32,000 nt of DNA. Origin: an uncultured archaeon (GTDB lineage: Archaea; Iainarchaeota; Iainarchaeia; Iainarchaeales; CSSED10-239). Positions 26,722 through 32,000 of this stretch are shown here, piece after piece. The notes under the pieces were generated by a model. That model saw nothing but the letters and a program-made list of their open reading frames with translations. It was not told the origin of the DNA and did no database searches. The stretch covers positions 9,233 to 41,232 of the forward strand of contig CAYXWT010000002.1 in NCBI GenBank assembly GCA_964468895.1, in the 5' to 3' direction. Position 1 is the stretch's first letter. The number at the start of each line of letters is the position of its first letter. The position numbers and the translations under genes were made by a program.

Positions 26722-27570
26722 ATGAATAATAAAAGTAATATTAGTTTTTCTAATATTAAAAAAGGTGTTATATATTATTTTTCAGGTACTGGTAATACTT
26801 TGTGGGTTGTTAATAAATATTTAGAATTATTTTATAAAGAAAATATTGAAATAGATTTAATAGATATTTCTAAAACTTATAGTATTGGTAGTCAAAGTAA
26901 ATATGATTTTTTGTGTTTTGCATATCCTACTTATGCTTGTAATCCACCTTATTTTATTAAACTTTTTATAAATAATTTTCCTAAGGTTAATAATAAACCT
27001 TGTTTTTTAATTAGTACTGCTGCAAAGTTACATTGGGATGTATTAGGATTAAGTGCTAGAATTCTTAGAAATAAAGGTTATAATGTTCTTGCAACTTTTA
27101 AATATTATATGCCACATAATATTAGTTTTATGTTTGGTATTCATGTTTCTAAAAATCTTAAAATTAATACAATTCTAGATAAAGCTGATACAAAAATAAA
27201 CCTAGATTTTGTAAATTTAATTAATAGACAAGCAAAACCTAATTTTAGTGATTTTGCTATATTATCCTCAATTGTATCTTGGTTTTTTAATAGTTTTATA
27301 ATAAAAGCTAATATTAATCATTGGACTGTTGATAAAGATAAATGTACTTTATGTGGACTTTGTGAAAATATTTGTCCTAATAATAATATTACTATTAAAT
27401 ATAAAAAGAAAAAAGTAATTTTTGGAAATGATTGTTTATTTTGTGGACGTTGTTATAATTTTTGTCCTCAAAGAGCAATTGATTATAAAAATAATAAATT
27501 CAAAAAAGATTTTGGAAGATATATTAAATTCAAAAATCTTTTGTGTGAAGATAATGATTTTAAAAGATAA
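26722..27570 (+). CDS. Flavodoxin-like / 2x[4Fe-4S] ferredoxin fusion (EFR1-type)
   Basis: The N-terminal YYFSGTGNTLWV flavodoxin-like motif, plus two ferredoxin motifs, CTLCGLCENICP and CLFCGRCYNFCP. ATG 26722 is preferred over TTG 26713. Confidence 0.75.
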   Translation: MNNKSNISFSNIKKGVIYYFSGTGNTLWVVNKYLELFYKENIEIDLIDISKTYSIGSQSKYDFLCFAYPTYACNPPYFIKLFINNFPKVNNKPCFLISTAAKLHWDVLGLSARILRNKGYNVLATFKYYMPHNISFMFGIHVSKNLKINTILDKADTKINLDFVNLINRQAKPNFSDFAILSSIVSWFFNSFIIKANINHWTVDKDKCTLCGLCENICPNNNITIKYKKKKVIFGNDCLFCGRCYNFCPQRAIDYKNNKFKKDFGRYIKFKNLLCEDNDFKR

Positions 27571-27706
27571 TTTTATAATTTATATGTTTAATGGAATATT
27601 ATCTTAATCTATTTATGAAATTTATATTGTAAAATCAAATTTGTATAATTAAATTATTTTATATGATAATAAAACATATTTAAATATTATCTCTAATTAT
27701 TTTATT

Positions 27707-29649
27707 ATGATTCTAACAAATTATTTTCTAAAGCCTAAATGTAAATCTGATTCTAAAAAAGTATCAGCTCTTTAATTGCAGTTATTCTCTTAGTTTTGGT
27801 GGTTGTGGTTTTAATAACTATTATATTAAATTGGAGTAAATTATTTACTAACAAACAATTAATTCAAACAAATAATTTTGCAACAGAAAGTATAGCTGTT
27901 CAAGATTCTACTTTAATGTTAAAAACAGAACTTGCTGCTTCATCAAACTATACATAAAGAATAATTGTTAAAAATATAACTTCTAACACTACTGGTATTT
28001 TAACTGGTTATAAAATACTAGTTACTGAAAATCCTAATGATTATAATTTTTTAAATACAAAAATAGATTTTGATACAGAGGTAACTGTGTTACCTGGAAA
28101 TATAAATAACTTTGAAGTAGTTTGTTTTCCTTCTAGAAAATTTGATTTGTTACTTTACACAAATCATAATACTACAGAAAAAATAACAGTTAATGTAAAT
28201 ATTTATGATCCTTTATCTTGTGCTCAATATGATGCCAATATTAACCTACCAATAATAAGTAGTGTAGTTTCTAATAATAGTGGTATTTATAGTGATGGAG
28301 ATGAAATTAATCTAACTGTTACTAGTAATGCTACTGGTCAAAACTTAACAGCTGATTTTTCAGAAATAGATTCTAATTATGATGTTGGTGAAGAAGTAGT
28401 AACTGATAATGATAATAAAACTTATAATATAGTTTATACAATATTAGTATATAATATTCGTTGTGATTCTTTTTATGATATTAATATAACAGCAACAGAT
28501 GATTTTGATTTTAGTGATAGTGAAACTGAAAATGTTGAATTAGATAATGTGGCTCTAAATGTTACTGTTAATCTATTAACTACAACCGTTACTGCTCCTG
28601 ATTTAAATGGGACTATTAATGATTCAATAGCAACTCTTAGTTTGGTTGTAGATGGAGAAACTTATACTCCAACTAATAATGGAGATGATACTTGGAGTCT
28701 AACAAATGTAAATGAACTTGAAGCTGGTACTTATGATGTTAATATTTGTGCAACTGATAGTATTGGAAATGTAGTTTGTGATAATAGTGTTAATGAATTA
28801 GTTATAGAAGAAGTTATAGAAGACTTAACTTGTCCGAATGGTTACGTGTTAGTACCAAATGACCTTACTTATAACACAGGAGACTTTTGTGTAATGCAAT
28901 TTGAAGCAAAAGTTGATCAAAATAGTGATGGTATTGGAGATAGTAATAGTTTTTGTCAATATGATTCTTATCATGTTTGGGGTAATGATACTAATGGCTG
29001 TTCTTATACTGAACCTGGAAGATCAGTTATAAGTACAATAGAAGGTTATCCTTTAGCTTATATTAGTTGGATAAATGCTAAAGCTGCTTGTGAAAGTATT
29101 GGGACAGGTTATCATTTAATAACTAATGATGAATGGATGACAATTGCTAGAAATATAGAATCTCAAGGTGAAAATTGGAGTACAGGTACTGTTGGCTTAG
29201 GATATATTCCACGAGGTAATAGTGGATGTAATTGGGCTATTGATGGTACTACTGTTTTGATTGGAATACATCAGAGAAATTTAATATTAAGTAATGGAAA
29301 TGAAATTAATGATCTTGTAGGAAATGTTGCTGAGTGGGTAGATAAAACCATTACTAGAGGGAATCTGCCTCAGCCTCAACCATATAATTCAAGTTTAGAA
29401 TATGATGATATATTAAGTTATGGTTCACTTAATAGAGATGCCTACGATTTTGCAATAGGTAAAGACTATAATTCTGATAATAGTATAGGTGTCTTGAATA
29501 ATAATTATCTTGCTGGTTCATTACATGTAGTGCCTTTTGTGCGTGGTGGTGATTGGTGGAAGGAGGCAGGTGCAGGTATTTTGACTTTAAGCTTATACTT
29601 TGACTGTCCGGTCATACAGTATGGTTTTCGTTGTTCTGTAGGATCATAA
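27707..29649 (+). pseudogene. Disrupted surface protein: archaeal class-III (type IV pilin-like) signal peptide + Ig-like repeats + FGE/SUMF1 (C-type-lectin-fold) domain
   Basis: ATG 27707 (frame 2) reads MILTNYFLKPKCKSDSKK and stops at 27773. Frame 1 from 27757 reads (K)SISSLIAVILLVLVVVVLITIILNW..., hits TAA at 27955, then continues into the 520-aa ORF 28087-29649. The tail carries the TDSIGN Ig-like motif and the FGE motifs ISWINAKAAC, HLITNDEW, GNVAEWVD, RGGDW and GFRC. Confidence 0.65.
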
Positions 29650-29654
29650 ATTAA

Positions 29655-29703
29655 AAATAACAGTTTTTTTTGACCTTGAATAATGATTGGATAACTGTTA
29701 TTT
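29655..29703 (+). terminator. 11-bp perfect inverted repeat with T8 run, 6 nt after the adhesin stop
   Basis: AAATAACAGTT (29655-29665) and AACTGTTATTT (29693-29703) are exact reverse complements, separated by 27 nt. A T8 run starts inside the left arm. Confidence 0.35.
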
Positions 29704-29895
29704 GTTATCTATATGGGTAAATTTAAATTTAATTATTTTTAAGTCACCTATTTTGTGGTTGGCCCTTTATTTAATTTTTTTAAAAAGTTTTGTTTTTAGA
29801 TACCATTTTAAACAATACTTTTAAATACACTAACTTCTACTTTTATAATATATATTTTAAAAATTTAAATGATAAATTAAGAAGGTTGAAAAAAT

Positions 29896-32000
29896 ATGGT
29901 TGTAAAAAAGAAAACTTCTAAAAATAGAAGTAAAGACTTTATTCTTTGGTTTAATGAAATTGGTATAGAAGATGTTCCGTTAGTTGGTGGTAAGAATGCA
30001 TCTTTAGGAGAAATGTATTCTAATTTAACAAAAAAAAAAGTAAATGTGCCTAATGGCTTTGCTGTTACTGCTTATGCTTATAGATATTTATTAGATAAAG
30101 CTGGTATTAAAGATGATATTAAAAGAATTCTAAAAGATTTAGATGTAAATAATTTAGAACAACTTGCAAAAAAAGGTAGTGAAGTTAGAAGATTAATAAG
30201 AAGTGCTAGTTTTCCAAAAGAATTAGAAGAAGAAATTATAAGTTCTTATTATAATTTAGAAAAAAAAGAAAAAATAAAAGATTTAGATGTTGCTGTTAGA
30301 AGTAGTGCAACAGCTGAAGATTTACCTAGCATATCTGAAAACGAGTTTGTTTTATTAAAAATAAATAGTAGGATAGTTTATGACACAATTAAAAATATTT
30401 ATAAAACATATGTGCCTATAGGTAATCAAAAAATTGAAGTTCCTTGTATGGATAAAAATGAAATTGTATGGTCTAAAATAAGTGATATTTATATACACCC
30501 TGCAAAAAACAAAAAATTATATATGATTACCACAGAAACTGGTAAAGAAATAATTATAACAAAAGATCATTCTTTAATAGTTTTAGACAACAACACTTTA
30601 AAACCAAAAACAATTTCTATAGACCAATTAAAGAAAAATGAATTTTTACCTACTATTAGAAAATTACCTATTGAAAATTCAAATAAAAAATATATTTCTG
30701 TATTAGATTATGTTTTTGGAGATGATGTTGAGCTTATATCTAATAATATTTACATAAAAAATAAATCCTATAATTGGAATACTCAAAACCCACTATCAAA
30801 AGATTTAAAATTAGATGAACTTTTTTCTTATTATTTAGGTGTTTATTGTGCAGAAGGCTGTACATATAAAACTAATTGTGTTATAATTACAAATTCAGAT
30901 AAAAAGATAATGTCTAAAATTATTGAATTTTATAAGATGTATAATTTGTATAAAGAAAACAAAATCAACAAATTTTCTTTAAGAATTTATTGTAAAACTT
31001 TAGTAAGATTTTTACAAGCAACTACTGGAAAGCCATTGCCTAGAAAAGGAAAAGGAAGAGGTTGCGAAATTAAACAAGTTCCAGAATTTTTATATACTTC
31101 TAGTGATAGTATAATTGGTTCTTTTTTGAAAGGTCTTTTTGATGGAGATGGAACTGTATCAAAATCTGGTGTTAGTTTAGTATCTAAATCAAAAAAATTA
31201 ATTGCAGGAGTTTCAAATTTATTATCTATATTGGATTTTGAGTATTATATAAATAGAAAATATTCTTATTATAATCTAACAATACCACAAAGATATGCTA
31301 AAAAATATAAAGAACAAATTTCTTTTAATAGTACTAAAAAATTTTGTGCATTAAATGAATTAATTAAAAAATATAGTTCTAAGAGTATACACCCATCTAT
31401 GAAAAACAATATCTTAATCTCTAAAATACTTTCTACAAAAATAAAAGAAGTATATGATTCTAAATTAAATAAAACAAGAGTTAGTGTTGCCTATTGTCCA
31501 ATTTGTGATAAAACTTTAGATAAAACAAGTAAATATAAAGGTGAAACAAGGTTTTGTTGTAAAAGTTGTAAAAAAACATTTTATGAAAAGGATGTGGTTT
31601 ATAAAGAAATTTTAAAATATGTTAATTATGATGAAAAAGGTAGGTTTTTAAAAAATAAAAGTTCTTGGAATAAAGGTATGATGTCTAAATCTATTTCTCA
31701 GGAAAATTTGATTAAATTATTAAAGGAATTTGATTTGCAGAAATATGTGCAGTTTATAGATAGTAATATTCTTTGGGATAAAATAAAAAAAATTGAAACA
31801 ATTAATTATACAGGTAATGTTTATGATTTTACTGTTCCTAATATTGAAAATTTTAATTCAGGATTTGGAAATATTATAACTCATAATAGTGCATCTTTTG
31901 CTGGACAGCAAGAAACTTATTTAAATGTAAGAGGACCTGATGAACTAATTGATGCTTGTAGAAAATGCTTTGCTTCACTTTTTACAAATAGAGCTATAAG
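29896..32000 (+). CDS. ppsA: Phosphoenolpyruvate synthase (pyruvate, water dikinase), intein-containing, 3' end beyond the window
   Basis: Frame 1 is open from ATG 29896 to nt 32000. It is absent from the track only because there is no stop in the window. The sequence reads [27 protein letters not shown]...[14 protein letters not shown]...[16 protein letters not shown], then the insert, then [37 protein letters not shown], which is classic PpsA N-terminal ATP-grasp sequence. Confidence 0.9.
   Translation, partial: [701 protein letters not shown]
30328..31887 (+). mobile_element. Intein (520 codons) with LAGLIDADG homing-endonuclease domain inserted in ppsA
   Basis: Ser1 ([12 protein letters not shown], block A), [12 protein letters not shown] (TxxH block B), the dodecapeptide motifs [14 protein letters not shown] and [24 protein letters not shown] (block F), and the terminal IITHN followed by Ser+1. 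Removing it restores [13 protein letters not shown]. Confidence 0.85.

Noticed and set aside
27955-27957. Stop-codon reassignment or readthrough (alternative genetic code) as the explanation for the in-frame TAA in the adhesin gene.
   Set aside because: TAA terminates most of the well-conserved genes here at their expected ends (alba, gatD, gatE, the SPFH gene, trpS). TGA and TAG also end genes at expected positions. A standard code with a nonsense lesion or a sequencing error is more parsimonious.
1-32000. CRISPR arrays, rRNA genes, transposases/IS elements, integrases, long tandem repeats, or known defence or toxin-antitoxin modules.
   Set aside because: I found no regularly spaced direct repeats, no GC-rich structured-RNA islands other than the single tRNA, and no ORF with transposase, integrase, Cas or restriction-enzyme motifs. 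The intein is the only mobile element I can support.

Overview
This is a very AT-rich (roughly three quarters A+T by eye), tightly packed 32 kb stretch of an archaeal chromosome. It is most consistent with a small-genome, DPANN-like archaeon. Supporting genes are Alba, GatD/GatE, archaeal-type TrpRS, XPD, Lrp/AsnC and an archaeal class-III (pilin-type) signal peptide. The genetic code is standard (TAA, TAG and TGA all end conserved genes), and GGAGGT/AGGTGA Shine-Dalgarno-like sites are frequent. Most of the window is housekeeping: sufS, alba, nth, an LMW phosphatase, dut, tldD-pmbA, a stomatin-like protein, GtrA, gatD/gatE, HIT, an NT5C-like nucleotidase, trpS and xpd.

The observations worth a second look are:
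1. An ORF missing from the supplied track (29896 to the window end) encodes PEP synthase interrupted by a 520-codon LAGLIDADG intein, which carries an extra CxxC...CxxC zinc ribbon.
2. A pilin-signal / Ig-like / FGE(SUMF1)-domain surface protein gene is broken by a -1 frameshift in an A6 run and by an in-frame TAA.
3. A GIDE-like membrane protein gene is split exactly at an in-phase A_AAT_TTT slippery heptamer.
4. A GC-rich ~25 nt motif recurs immediately upstream of the TATA-like tracts in two divergent intergenic regions 22 kb apart, with a weaker third copy.
5. A 350-aa protein looks, by eye only, like a catalytically dead family-B polymerase N-terminal/exonuclease module.
6. An uncharacterised gene is wedged between gatD and gatE.
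7. A tRNA-Gln(CUG) with C33 is embedded in a protein-coding gene string.
8. A membrane LtaS-like / DHH / processive GT2 cluster looks like an envelope-polymer locus.

I saw no CRISPR array, rRNA, transposase or recognisable defence system. All homology statements rest on motif recognition by eye, not on searches.
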